Source: a virus (lineage: Duplodnaviria; Caudoviricetes). Taken from it: a stretch of DNA of 64,000 nucleotides. The number at the start of each line of letters is the position of its first letter. The first letter of the stretch is position 1. Made by a program: the position numbers and the translations under genes. Of the stretch, positions 1 to 8,762 are shown piece after piece. The notes under the pieces are model-generated. The model was not told where the DNA came from, searched no databases, and worked only from the letters and a program-made list of their open reading frames with translations. The stretch spans positions 64,001 to 128,000 of the IMG/VR virus record IMGVR_UViG_3300030419_006251, one strand, 5' to 3'.

Positions 1-1485
1 TTTTCCAGTGGCAGCAACTGCATCCACTACATCATAGACGCTGGTAGAGCCGCTAACGACTGCGAATGATCGAAACCTGGGAGGCCCAAATACGCCAAAA
101 GGTAGAAGCTCTGCTTGTGTGTTACCTCTGTCGACTTGCTCATTCATCTCAATGCGAATCAAGGAAGACATATTATCATATGTCCCATATTCTCTCATAA
201 CAAGCTTGTCAGAATCCCACTCCACATATCTATCACCGATTAACTTCGCGATATAATTGTCGCTGTCCGGATCCAAAGTACAGCTGCTATAAATCTCAGT
301 AGCAGTACCGGGAGTTTCTTTTGCTCCGAGAGGCCTCACCACGACATCAAAAGTACCATATGCATATTTATTAGGATGTGAAGCCCTCTTAATATTTTCA
401 ATAGAAACTTTATAATTATTCTGTAACCATTCACCATGATTCATACCAATAAATCTAAATAATTTTTGCTGGTCCAGTGCATTATATGAAGCGGCGGCGC
501 CGACATCTTGACTAATAAACCATCCGGTTCGGCCGTCTCGGAATGCTTCGCGGTGCTGTTGCCACTCGGCATTTGAATTACCTAGGCCGGCAACAAAGCC
601 GACCTGATCGCCAGCCGAAGAAGAAATAGCATAAACTAATTCGTCCAGAGACTGCTCAAAGGATTCGCCGAGCCAGTATGTTAGTCTATCGGCAGAACTA
701 TTGATGCTACCGTTTGTTCTGGTAGGATCTGTGTTAAATTGATTTCTAATATATCCATCAACGCCCGAATCGAAATGAAACTCTGCTTCTTTTACTGATT
801 GTCCGGCACTATTTCTGATAACTGCTTTAAATCTTGCAAAGTTAGTATCCATAGATTGAAACATTTGAGCAGAGCCAGAAGTCACAGTCGAACCATCCAC
901 TAGTGTACCAGTTAATTCAATCGATCCCTCAGTCAAGTACCACACTGCCGCGAGAGAGCCGGTATAGTGGTACGCCGTAACACCAGAAGTCGGTTGATTG
1001 GCGTCCGTTACTGAGGCCGAAGGGGCAATGAAGAGGCCAAATGCGCCGCCATTAGTCGCCTGGGCTGCAACATTAGTGTCGCCTGAAGAAACATGCGTCA
1101 CGGAAGTACCGGACGAATTCTTTGTATCCCAGCCGGCATAACCAGCAGTGGTTGCAGAGCCGTTCTGAGTGCCCATAAGCCTTACGATTGTGACCGGAGC
1201 AACGCCGGATTGCAGCCATGCTTCAGCAGCATATGCAGAATAGGTCGGACCACCGTGTGCGTCTCCTCGCCAACCATCGCGAGAAGAGCCGCCAGCATGA
1301 GGATCTCCAAAAAGTTCCGAAAACTCTTGATAGCTTGAAACTACAACCGGGCGCATACCTGGGCCCTGCTTAAATCGCCCGATAAGCGCTGGTCCCCTCT
1401 CTGGTCGTGTTGGGGTAAGTACAGACTGATCGATCTCCTTAAGAAAAATTCCTGGCGATACGAATCTATAACCTTTTACTGACAT
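1..1485 (-). CDS. gp18: Contractile tail sheath protein, 5' part (runs off the left edge; not in ORF track)
   Basis: Manual translation from ATG at 1485 gives MSVKGYRFVSPGIFLKEIDQSVLTPTRPERGPALIGRFKQGP...YQEFSELFGDP, the typical sheath N-terminus (SPGxxxxEID, GP...F.E.FG). The distal end reads ELLPFGVFGPPRF...VVDAVAATGK, in frame at position 1. GGAG lies upstream. Confidence 0.88.
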   Translation of the reverse strand, partial: MSVKGYRFVSPGIFLKEIDQSVLTPTRPERGPALIGRFKQGPGMRPVVVSSYQEFSELFGDPHAGGSSRDGWRGDAHGGPTYSAYAAEAWLQSGVAPVTIVRLMGTQNGSATTAGYAGWDTKNSSGTSVTHVSSGDTNVAAQATNGGAFGLFIAPSASVTDANQPTSGVTAYHYTGSLAAVWYLTEGSIELTGTLVDGSTVTSGSAQMFQSMDTNFARFKAVIRNSAGQSVKEAEFHFDSGVDGYIRNQFNTDPTRTNGSINSSADRLTYWLGESFEQSLDELVYAISSSAGDQVGFVAGLGNSNAEWQQHREAFRDGRTGWFISQDVGAAASYNALDQQKLFRFIGMNHGEWLQNNYKVSIENIKRASHPNKYAYGTFDVVVRPLGAKETPGTATEIYSSCTLDPDSDNYIAKLIGDRYVEWDSDKLVMREYGTYDNMSSLIRIEMNEQVDRGNTQAELLPFGVFGPPRFRSFAVVSGSTSVYDVVDAVAATGK

Positions 1486-1545
1486 TCCGTGTTTAACTCC
1501 TTAATAAATTATTTAGTTGTGCTTGATACACTATTTTATCGTTAG

Positions 1546-1553
1546 TAAATAGT
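1546..1553 (-). promoter_or_regulatory. ACTATTTA candidate late-promoter motif upstream of tail sheath
   Basis: Exact copy of the recurring ACTAWTTA motif, intergenic, 61 nt upstream of the sheath ATG. Confidence 0.5.
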
Positions 1554-1596
1554 TGATAAAAAGTTGAAAATCCAAAATTACTGTTTAATACCGAAA

Positions 1597-2457
1597 TTAA
1601 AACTCTCTATAATCTTTGTCTCTATCTAAATAGGGATTAATATCACCCAAAGCCGTTCTTTCTCTTGAAATCTTTACCTCTACGGCATTCTCTCTTACAA
1701 CAATTTTTGGACGATCGTCGTTTTCTTCAGAACCCATTATGTATCCTTGAACTTTTACTGCTAACGAGGCCTCATAAAGTTTTTCCGACTCTCCAACATC
1801 TGATATGTTTCCGCCGATAGAGTAGTCTACATCAAGAAAAGCTTCGTAAGTGTGCCCATCCGCAGATATTATAAAAGAATTGATTGAAGAGCTATCTGGA
1901 TGATTTATAAATGTTGCTATAATTTGGTTGGCCTGTTGTTGGTAGTCCGTTTTAATAACAATGTTGTAATTAATGTTTAAATATACTGGTACGGGCACTG
2001 TAATGGTTTCATACACGACTGCCGGATTGGTCGTCTTGTCTACCGTGGAGGGGTATCGATTTACTCTCTCGTTGGCATTGTTTGATGTCTTGGCTTGACT
2101 TATTCTGCGACTAATTTGTCTTGTTCCTCCACGAACTGATCTCAAGTCTGTCCCGCTTTCATTGACATTGCTGGGGAGTGCTGCATAATGGCCTCCTTTA
2201 TCGATAGGATCCTTCACAATAGAAGCGCGCTCAATTGATATTAAAGGTAGCTTAAGTACACCATTCGAATCTCGCAAATCTTTATCATTTTTAATATGAA
2301 AGTTTCTTTCAGCGGACAACCATATGACCGGCACTTTTTTCCAACCTTTATTTGTGTCTGTATGTATATTCATGCCTTCTTTAAGCCAATTAAAGAACGC
2401 TCGATCGATGGTTTCAATCGTTGATGGCATTAATTCATACTCTCTCATTTTAGACAT
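1597..2457 (-). CDS. Tail terminator / neck completion protein (gp15-like)
   Basis: Sits between the gp14-like gene and the sheath, as in T4 order (13-14-15...18). VPVIW...ER and LPLISIER motifs. SD GGAGG upstream. Confidence 0.6.
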   Translation of the reverse strand: MSKMREYELMPSTIETIDRAFFNWLKEGMNIHTDTNKGWKKVPVIWLSAERNFHIKNDKDLRDSNGVLKLPLISIERASIVKDPIDKGGHYAALPSNVNESGTDLRSVRGGTRQISRRISQAKTSNNANERVNRYPSTVDKTTNPAVVYETITVPVPVYLNINYNIVIKTDYQQQANQIIATFINHPDSSSINSFIISADGHTYEAFLDVDYSIGGNISDVGESEKLYEASLAVKVQGYIMGSEENDDRPKIVVRENAVEVKISRERTALGDINPYLDRDKDYREF

Positions 2458-2468
2458 ATGTTATCCTC

Positions 2469-2957
2469 CTACGATGCATCAAATATTCCCTCTCTAGCTC
2501 TTACACCTCTTGCGACGATCGCTGTTTTGTGGTCAATTTGGCCAAACATCTGATCGGGCTCTGATAACGAGACAATTTCATAATAAATCTTACCATATAA
2601 AACAAAGTCTCCTTCTCGTACATATAAATCCTGGTCTTCGGTTAACCTTCTTTTGTGAAAATAGACGGTTATAGCGGATTCTTTATCTAAACCAATATTG
2701 CCTGTACTCGTGCTTATTCCTTCCCAGTCAACTCTGGCATAAACGCGTATAGGGGGCAAGAAAGTCTTCTGAATCGCCTCTCCGTATATGTCGTGATAGT
2801 TTGTTCTTTGAATATCTATTGGGTAATATAGTACTTGCTGGCCTGCGACTCGCTCGATTAACTCATCATTAACTTGCTTGACAAGATCTCTCTCTTTTTT
2901 ACCAGCAAAGAGCGGTGAAGGGGGCTGTTCGGGTTGTTTCCATTTGTTTCCTGCCAC
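2469..2957 (-). CDS. gp14: Head closure / neck protein (gp14-like)
   Basis: LVKQVNDELIE...GQQVLYYP, PIRVYA, REGDFV.Y....YEI pattern. GTG start. Follows the gp13-like gene. Confidence 0.7.
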   Translation of the reverse strand: MAGNKWKQPEQPPSPLFAGKKERDLVKQVNDELIERVAGQQVLYYPIDIQRTNYHDIYGEAIQKTFLPPIRVYARVDWEGISTSTGNIGLDKESAITVYFHKRRLTEDQDLYVREGDFVLYGKIYYEIVSLSEPDQMFGQIDHKTAIVARGVRAREGIFDAS

Positions 2958-2969
2958 TTATATATCCCC

Positions 2970-4241
2970 CTATCCTACGATTATCGGCAGAGGTACCTTC
3001 TCTTGTATAGACCTTGCCGTATCGGCCACGCCGGCATCTTTTTCCATAAGTCTGGCATATGTCAATTCGTCCAATGTACTCTTCAACTCTTCTCTGAGTT
3101 TATCTTGTTCTTCTCTAGCTTCCACTATTAAGGTCGATCCATTTAAGGTTATATCTGAGCCTGGAATTGGAAGTGCTGCAAATTTGCTGCGAACTTGCCC
3201 TAAGATCTCCTTTGTTAAGGCCAGTGCAAATCGACGGATCCATTGTTTACCAATTGCATTGATATTCTTATAAGGAATATTTTCAAACGGAAGCGTATTC
3301 ATGTTGTTAATACCCTGTGTGCCGCTTTGTTTGTTATTGTCCTCTTCCCACGGGTTTTCGTCTATAGTAAATTGAAACCATATTTTCGTAGGGCTAACAG
3401 AAGAGGGCTTAGGGTATATTCTAATTCTATTATCTTTAAGTTCATATGAGTAGTGAGAAACTCTTGTCCAAATATTATCTTCAAACTGCATTGCTTGAAG
3501 TTTATTATGCCAAGCAGGAATTAACTCGAAGGTTGAATCATCGGCATACATACCATAAGAAGACATGTTCCCAACAGTGTTGATTCCTCCATAATACCCA
3601 AAGAATCTCCACATCGCGTGAGGAGTTTTAAAGAACACTTTCTTGATACGGATCTTTTTGCCCGGGCGAGCGACTTTATCAGTATATTCTTCACCAGTTG
3701 CTTCTGCGACCAATTGCTGCAAGTCATAATCCTGTTGGCCCTCGGCTGTGGCAAATGACGCTGAATATTCAGTCCTATCGCCTCCGACGCCGGCTCGTTG
3801 CGCAAACCCATCCGAGACTCTTCGCTCATATGCAAAGGTATATTTAGGATATTTTAGGGCAACGGCTCTGTCGGTAGCGTTGGAGCCAGAAAGTGGGTCT
3901 GAGGCTACTAACCTTCCTAAATAATCAAAACTACCTGTGGCCGAACCAAGATAATCAGACAACACATTTTTAGATTGATGTATGTTTATTATATAAGAGT
4001 ACTCAAGTACTGCTTCTTCATATGCAGCGTAAACATTTCCTGCAGTTAACTCAATATCTAGAATATCGCCGCCGAGTTTTTTATATGTATAGGATACCTG
4101 CGCAGATGCACCGTCCAAAAAATCAGATGAGTTAGAATAAACTCCATATGGAAGCGATCCGGAAACAAGGTTCCGGCTTCCAGTCGACGGTAACACTACA
4201 GCGCTCAGTTGACTTACTGGAGTAAGCGTGGGGTGTGACAT
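2970..4241 (-). CDS. gp13: Head-tail adaptor / neck protein (gp13-like)
   Basis: C-terminal KQWIRRFALALTKEILGQVRSKF..IPG..ITLNG..L..EA.EE...L.EEL is characteristic of gp13-type adaptors. SD AGGAGG upstream. Confidence 0.75.
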   Translation of the reverse strand: MSHPTLTPVSQLSAVVLPSTGSRNLVSGSLPYGVYSNSSDFLDGASAQVSYTYKKLGGDILDIELTAGNVYAAYEEAVLEYSYIINIHQSKNVLSDYLGSATGSFDYLGRLVASDPLSGSNATDRAVALKYPKYTFAYERRVSDGFAQRAGVGGDRTEYSASFATAEGQQDYDLQQLVAEATGEEYTDKVARPGKKIRIKKVFFKTPHAMWRFFGYYGGINTVGNMSSYGMYADDSTFELIPAWHNKLQAMQFEDNIWTRVSHYSYELKDNRIRIYPKPSSVSPTKIWFQFTIDENPWEEDNNKQSGTQGINNMNTLPFENIPYKNINAIGKQWIRRFALALTKEILGQVRSKFAALPIPGSDITLNGSTLIVEAREEQDKLREELKSTLDELTYARLMEKDAGVADTARSIQEKVPLPIIVG

Positions 4242-4260
4242 ACATAGATCCTCCTGTGTC

Positions 4261-4268
4261 TAAATAGT
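4261..4268 (-). promoter_or_regulatory. ACTATTTA candidate late promoter for the neck genes
   Basis: Motif 20 nt upstream of the gp13-like ATG, with the SD between them. Confidence 0.55.
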
Positions 4269-4304
4269 TAGACGAAGGACAAACCGGCACTTATAAAAGT
4301 ATAA

Positions 4305-4586
4305 TTATTGTTTCGTTGTTTTTTTGGTTGTTCTGGGTTTTCTAGTTGCCGTTTTACGATTAGTTGACTTTCTTGCTGGTCTCGCTTTCGTTGTCTTTTT
4401 CGTTGTATTAGTTTTTGTGGTTTTTTTGGCTGTCTTTTCCTGTGCTGTCTTTACAGTTTTCTCAACCTCTTTTGCGACCTTCTCCACTTGTTCTGATAAA
4501 GCTTCTGTTCGCTTGAGTGTGTCCAGCCATGCACCGCGTTTAGCGTTGAATTTGTTACTTCTTAAAGTTCGTCTTTTTTTGCCCAT
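4305..4586 (-). CDS. Small Lys/Thr/Arg-rich basic protein (histone-H1-tail-like composition)
   Basis: C-terminal half is KTAKKTTKTNTTKKTTKARPARKSTNRKTATRKPRTTKKTTK. SD AGGAGG and an ACTAATTA motif at 4607-4614 lie upstream. Confidence 0.7.
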   Translation of the reverse strand: MGKKRRTLRSNKFNAKRGAWLDTLKRTEALSEQVEKVAKEVEKTVKTAQEKTAKKTTKTNTTKKTTKARPARKSTNRKTATRKPRTTKKTTKQ

Positions 4587-4606
4587 TGTGGCCTCCTGTG
4601 TTGTAA

Positions 4607-4614
4607 TAATTAGT
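4607..4614 (-). promoter_or_regulatory. ACTAATTA candidate late promoter
   Basis: Directly after the terminator U-tract and 21 nt upstream of the ATG at 4586. Confidence 0.55.
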
Positions 4615-4618
4615 TCAT

Positions 4619-4657
4619 AAAAAAGAAAAAACCCCTAACCACATGGTTAGGGGTTTT
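4619..4657 (-). terminator. Intrinsic (rho-independent) terminator
   Basis: Minus strand AAAACCCCTAACC-ATGT-GGTTAGGGGTTTT is a perfect 13-bp stem followed by TCTTTTTT, just after the stop at 4684. Confidence 0.9.
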
Positions 4658-4683
4658 ATAATCGATTAATTAAAGTTTAATTA

Positions 4684-5286
4684 TCAAACATCCACTGGGG
4701 CTTGGCCGAGCCACTTGACATAAACTCCCACTTTGGGACTTCCCGTCATAGAACTCAAGTCTTCCTTAGCAGTTACATGTAGGTATGTTGCAGCGGTGCC
4801 CCTCTCTACATAAGCTAAAGTTCCCATAGTGATTCCTTTTCCTAAAACTCCTGCGGTCGCGTCGAGATCACAGTCATTATCTGGTACCGAAACATTGCCA
4901 GACACATCTTCGCCTACGATTTCAGTGCCAGCGGAAGCCGCATCATCTGCAATAGCAGCGCTATGTACTTCCAAAGCCACTAGTCCATGGTTAGATGTAG
5001 CTAACTCAACAGGAATTAATGCCGCTTCAATGATGACAGCTTGTGCCGGCAGATAAACCGAACATGATGCAGCCACATCATCATCATCGGCTGTCGATAC
5101 GGATACCACTTCATAATACTCGTGAATACCATACCCTGTACCTGCTTGTGACGAAACCGATCGTTGAACTCCATTTCCAGTATCTGCGACTTGAACAATA
5201 TTTGTTCCCGCTCCAAAAGAGATCTCTCTCTTTAAGTTTTCCAATAATGCCTCTATTCGCGCGAGGCCCACTCTTTTTGTTCCCAT
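4684..5286 (-). CDS. Hypothetical virion protein just downstream of MCP (possible capsid decoration protein)
   Basis: Start moved to MGTKRVGLARIEALLENLKRE at 5286 because AAGGAGGG lies about 10 nt upstream. The rest looks beta-rich. Function inferred from position only. Confidence 0.6.
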   Translation of the reverse strand: MGTKRVGLARIEALLENLKREISFGAGTNIVQVADTGNGVQRSVSSQAGTGYGIHEYYEVVSVSTADDDDVAASCSVYLPAQAVIIEAALIPVELATSNHGLVALEVHSAAIADDAASAGTEIVGEDVSGNVSVPDNDCDLDATAGVLGKGITMGTLAYVERGTAATYLHVTAKEDLSSMTGSPKVGVYVKWLGQAPVDV

Positions 5287-5316
5287 AGTTAAAAACCCTC
5301 CTTTTATAATCATGTT

Positions 5317-5365
5317 CCTGTATCGACCTATTTCAACGATACTAGGAGGCAGCTCAAGTCTGCCC
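5317..5365 (-). promoter_or_regulatory. Tandem-hairpin structured leader upstream of the 5286 gene
   Basis: GGGCAG-ACUUGAG-CUGCCU is directly followed by CCU(A)GUAUCG-11 nt-CGAUACAGG, ending about 15 nt before the SD. Confidence 0.4.
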
Positions 5366-5410
5366 GATAACTTGGTATGAATCTTGTTGATTCGGTTATA
5401 ACTAGTTCTA

Positions 5411-5445
5411 TAAAAATGAAAGCCCCCACCAAATGGTGGAGGCTT
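5411..5445 (-). terminator. Intrinsic terminator after major capsid gene
   Basis: AAGCCUCCACC-AUUU-GGUGGGGGCUU is an 11-bp stem with one G-U pair, followed by UCAUUUUUA, about 25 nt after the MCP stop. Confidence 0.82.
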
Positions 5446-5469
5446 AGCATTATTATTACGCTACTAGAT

Positions 5470-7374
5470 TTAGCTAGTTGCGCCGGCTTCACCGAGGAGA
5501 CCGCGAACGATAACCAGACCGTACATATCCGGACGGACCATCTTCTTACCGTAGCGCGTCATGACGCCCTTACGGGGTACGAAGTCTTCCGTTCCGAAGA
5601 TTGTAGGTGTGGTCTGCAGCGGCACATAAGGTGCGTATACATACCCACTCTCAAGGAAGCTGTTACCGCGGCGGCCGACGAGGACCACATTACGGGGGAA
5701 GTATGGGTCAACCCAAACATCCCACTTCTTGGAGATAGAGCCAGCGTTAACTGCTCCGACGGTACCCTTATCGGCATCAGCGGTGATGTTAGCGCGGAAA
5801 CCACTTGTGAACTCAAGGATATTAGCAACTTCGGGGCCTACGACCAAGAAGTTAGCTCCACCCCGCAGAGTTTTGCGGTGGATCTGTGCAGACACATCGT
5901 TGATAGTCTCAACAAGAGTCTCATACCACTCGCTAACCGTACCGGTGAAGTCGGGTGCAGCAGAGCTAGCTCCGATTTCAACGCCGGTTTCGCGATTGAG
6001 GAACATACCCGGGGAACGAGCCCAGTAATATGTACCAGCGGTAGCGCCTCTAATAAGGTCGTTAACGATCTCGCGGTCAATCTCAAGAGCAATCTGCTCA
6101 GAGAGAATGCCAGTAAGCTCGACTTCGGCATCAAGGTTGTGATAGGCATTAAGATCCTGTCCCAACTCTGGTGTCCACTTAGCCTTGAGCTTCTTGGTGA
6201 TCGCGGTGATCGCAGACGAATCGACCTTGATGTCAATCTCGGGGATTCCCGGATCATTCTCAAGACCCCAAACATCGGCACCAACAACGGCTCCGAGTGC
6301 TCTCTCGCCAACATTATCGAGATTATCGATGATTGGATAAGAGAACGACTTACCACTGCCACCAGCAACTGCGGCTGTGTCGTTGTTTTCGATCAGCGAG
6401 GCGGCGATTGTTGCAGCGGTGGTGGATCCAACAGCCTGCCAAACCATGATGACAGACGAGGCGCCTTCTTCACCAATCTTGTTGTCGATGTCCATAGAAC
6501 GAATTCCGCCCAAGTCCGAATCCTGACCCACAATATGAGTCAAACGACGAACGAGACGACACTCGCTTCTATCAACATCAGATTCACAACCAGTGGCGCC
6601 AGTACCATCAGGCTTAGAACCAGTAGCTTCGATTGCAACCAAGTTATCAAGGTTGAGGCGAGAACCGCTAGCATGCAACCACTGACCAGAACCAGAAGCT
6701 GCGGTGATAACAACGACCGAACCAGAAAGATCTGGGTCGAAACGAACCAGCTTATCTGCTGTGAGTGTTGTGGATCCACCATGATATCCACTAAATGTGA
6801 ACTCATATGAGGATCCGCCGGCGGTCTTAAGACCATCGCCGATAGTACCCTGCCACACAACATCAAGCTCAAGCTGAGTCGAACCGGTTGGAGACGAGTA
6901 GCCATTGTTCATGGAATAGAATCCGGCTTCCGCGTAAGATCCTGTGAGGCTAACGCCACCCATGATTTCCTGACCAACCTTACCGCCGCCGAAGAGGGAA
7001 GCGTCACCGTCAGAACTACCACGAGGGGAGGTTCCGGGAGTGAACTGGAAGTCTAGGAAGAAGATGAGGCCCGAGGGCAAGCTCATCGGCTGAACAGAAA
7101 CGAGATCGTTGGCAATTAAGCCTCCGAAAACGCGGCGCACGATGGGGAATGCAACAGATGCAAAACCCTCGACATCTCCACCAGCCATGGTAGATGCCTC
7201 GCGCAAAAGCTCCTTAGCTTGGTTTTCAAGCAAACGAGCCATGTTAGAACGAGTGTTATCGCTAGAAAGTCCTTCTAAAAGGCCGGTGCGTTCCCACTTA
7301 GAGAGAAGAGCGCTACCTTCCTTACCGAGATCCCTACTAACAATACCTTCGGTTAGTTTTTTTAAAACAGACAT
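5470..7374 (-). CDS. gp23: Major capsid protein (T4 gp23 family)
   Basis: Diagnostic motifs: FPIVRRVF, LIANDLVSVQPM..P.GLIF.L, KKLKAKWTPELGQDLNAYHNLDAE.ELT.ILSEQI.LEIDRE, YAPYVPL, F.PRKGVMTRY. Confidence 0.97.
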   Translation of the reverse strand: MSVLKKLTEGIVSRDLGKEGSALLSKWERTGLLEGLSSDNTRSNMARLLENQAKELLREASTMAGGDVEGFASVAFPIVRRVFGGLIANDLVSVQPMSLPSGLIFFLDFQFTPGTSPRGSSDGDASLFGGGKVGQEIMGGVSLTGSYAEAGFYSMNNGYSSPTGSTQLELDVVWQGTIGDGLKTAGGSSYEFTFSGYHGGSTTLTADKLVRFDPDLSGSVVVITAASGSGQWLHASGSRLNLDNLVAIEATGSKPDGTGATGCESDVDRSECRLVRRLTHIVGQDSDLGGIRSMDIDNKIGEEGASSVIMVWQAVGSTTAATIAASLIENNDTAAVAGGSGKSFSYPIIDNLDNVGERALGAVVGADVWGLENDPGIPEIDIKVDSSAITAITKKLKAKWTPELGQDLNAYHNLDAEVELTGILSEQIALEIDREIVNDLIRGATAGTYYWARSPGMFLNRETGVEIGASSAAPDFTGTVSEWYETLVETINDVSAQIHRKTLRGGANFLVVGPEVANILEFTSGFRANITADADKGTVGAVNAGSISKKWDVWVDPYFPRNVVLVGRRGNSFLESGYVYAPYVPLQTTPTIFGTEDFVPRKGVMTRYGKKMVRPDMYGLVIVRGLLGEAGATS

Positions 7375-7419
7375 TTATATTTTTTCTCCTTTTTGTATTG
7401 TTTTAGTTTTCACTTTGTG

Positions 7420-8661
7420 CTATTTTAGACCGGCAAGAGCTTTCATCCTATCATATGCTTGCACATCACGGGGTTTCTTTTCTTGTCGTCTGGGAAGTAG
7501 AAGAGAACGATCTCTACTAACTGCTTCGCGAAGTGATTGTGGCTTTTTCTTGCTGGTAGTACCAGCAGTCGAGCCCACAGCGCTTTGAAGTGTTTCGTAA
7601 ATCACTTTTGCTTCTTCTACAGAACCGCACTGTGTGATCGCGTCGACAATTTTATTTCTTTGTCGCTCATTCAGCGAGGGATCGCTTAATACACGGTTCG
7701 TATAAAGTAGTCTAGCATTCGAAAGATTGGCATTTGTTAAATGCTCTTGCATTTTCACTAGTGCCTTCTTAAATTGACCACTTTGGTGTTTGTAATAATT
7801 GACTTCAGTCTGAAGTCTCTTAATTGATTCGTTGACTTCTTCAGATTTTTCCTGCTGTTCTGCTACAGCCATTTCGGCTTGAACAATATCTTCCGCTTCT
7901 TGCATAGCGCCTGTTGGTGTAGTTCTACCACCTAAGCCACTATCCGGAGCGCTGAGATTTGCTCTAATTTCCTCGGCTATTTGTGTAACAAGTTCATCAG
8001 GTATCATCATTTCAGAATCAACTGCTTCTTGTAGTTTTTCAGTACTTAAGTTAAGTACCATATCATCTTTAATTTTATAATCTCTTGTATTTTCCATCAT
8101 TGGTTGTGGAGGGCCGCCACGACCGCCGGGAGCCATCGGGCTCAAACCGGGAGGAAGCGCAGGCGGACCGGGGGGCATGCCGGGCATGCCGGGTGGGCCA
8201 GGAGGTGGCGGAGCCATTCCCATGCCTGCACCTTGCGCCTGTTGCGCCTCAAGTGCTTGCTCTTCTGCATCCACTCGGGCGGCTAATTCATTAAAATCTA
8301 TCTCTACCTCTTGGCCTTCGTCTGGACATGGGCATAAAGGCACATTATCTGCATACGCTAGTGGCGCCACGGGGACATCTGCCATGGCAGCCGGATCTGG
8401 CGGAGGCGTGCCACCGGGGCCCGGGGGCATTCCAGGGGGCATTCCAGGGGGCATTCCCGGAGGACCGCCGGCCATCATAGGGTCCATCATAGGATCGGGC
8501 TCAGGTGGCATGCCAGGAGGCATCCCCTGCTCCAACAAAGACTCTACAGCCTTCTTAACTTCTGGTGCGTACTTTTCTATAATTGATTGTTCGGCACTCT
8601 TAACTGCTGCTTCTCTCAAAGCTGTAGCATCAATAATTGCTTGTTCAAGCAATGTAGACAT
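7420..8661 (-). CDS. Prohead core / scaffolding protein (gp22-like) with Pro-Met-Gly-rich segments
   Basis: Immediately upstream of MCP. Coiled-coil C-half with NLSNARLLYTNRVL...LNERQ...IV.AI...S.EE.K.IYETL and a terminal RMKALAGL motif. Confidence 0.8.
   Translation of the reverse strand: MSTLLEQAIIDATALREAAVKSAEQSIIEKYAPEVKKAVESLLEQGMPPGMPPEPDPMMDPMMAGGPPGMPPGMPPGMPPGPGGTPPPDPAAMADVPVAPLAYADNVPLCPCPDEGQEVEIDFNELAARVDAEEQALEAQQAQGAGMGMAPPPPGPPGMPGMPPGPPALPPGLSPMAPGGRGGPPQPMMENTRDYKIKDDMVLNLSTEKLQEAVDSEMMIPDELVTQIAEEIRANLSAPDSGLGGRTTPTGAMQEAEDIVQAEMAVAEQQEKSEEVNESIKRLQTEVNYYKHQSGQFKKALVKMQEHLTNANLSNARLLYTNRVLSDPSLNERQRNKIVDAITQCGSVEEAKVIYETLQSAVGSTAGTTSKKKPQSLREAVSRDRSLLLPRRQEKKPRDVQAYDRMKALAGLK
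8423..8458. repeat. 12-bp tandem repeat x3 (GGGGGCATTCCA), encodes GMPP repeats on the minus strand
   Basis: Read directly from the sequence. The third copy differs at its last base. Confidence 0.9.
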
Positions 8662-8719
8662 GTTTTTTTCTCCCGGAATATGTTTATTGCAATAAAGTAT
8701 AATTACTTTTAATCAAAAA

Positions 8720-8727
8720 TAAATAGT
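8720..8727 (-). promoter_or_regulatory. ACTATTTA candidate late promoter for scaffold-MCP
   Basis: Intergenic motif 59 nt upstream of the scaffold ATG. Confidence 0.5.
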
Positions 8728-8762
8728 ATCTCATCTAAGTAAATGCCGATTTTTGATAAGAA

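Noticed and set aside
1260-1340. Apparent frameshift near the start of the tail sheath gene
   Set aside because: Re-reading the A/T runs gives YQEFSELFGDPHAGG in frame. The gene is missing from the track only because it has no stop inside the window.
2469-2972. Possible stop-codon reassignment (TAG read-through, as in some large phages)
   Set aside because: TAG ends the gp13-like and gp14-like genes at their expected C-termini, followed by short spacers and the next start. Core genes are full length in the standard code.
4324-4620. Very hydrophobic 98-aa + strand ORF that looks like a membrane protein
   Set aside because: It is the reverse complement of the Lys/Thr-rich gene (AAA/ACA read as TTT/TGT/GTT), so the hydrophobicity is an artefact.
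5377-6810. 477-aa + strand ORF opposite the major capsid gene
   Set aside because: Antisense shadow: it is in register with MCP codons, whose biased usage gives few stops on the opposite strand. No SD or recognisable motif, and it runs through the MCP terminator.
8177-8695. + strand Gly/Pro-rich ORF (collagen-like look)
   Set aside because: Antisense reading of the scaffold's Pro-Met-Gly tracts.
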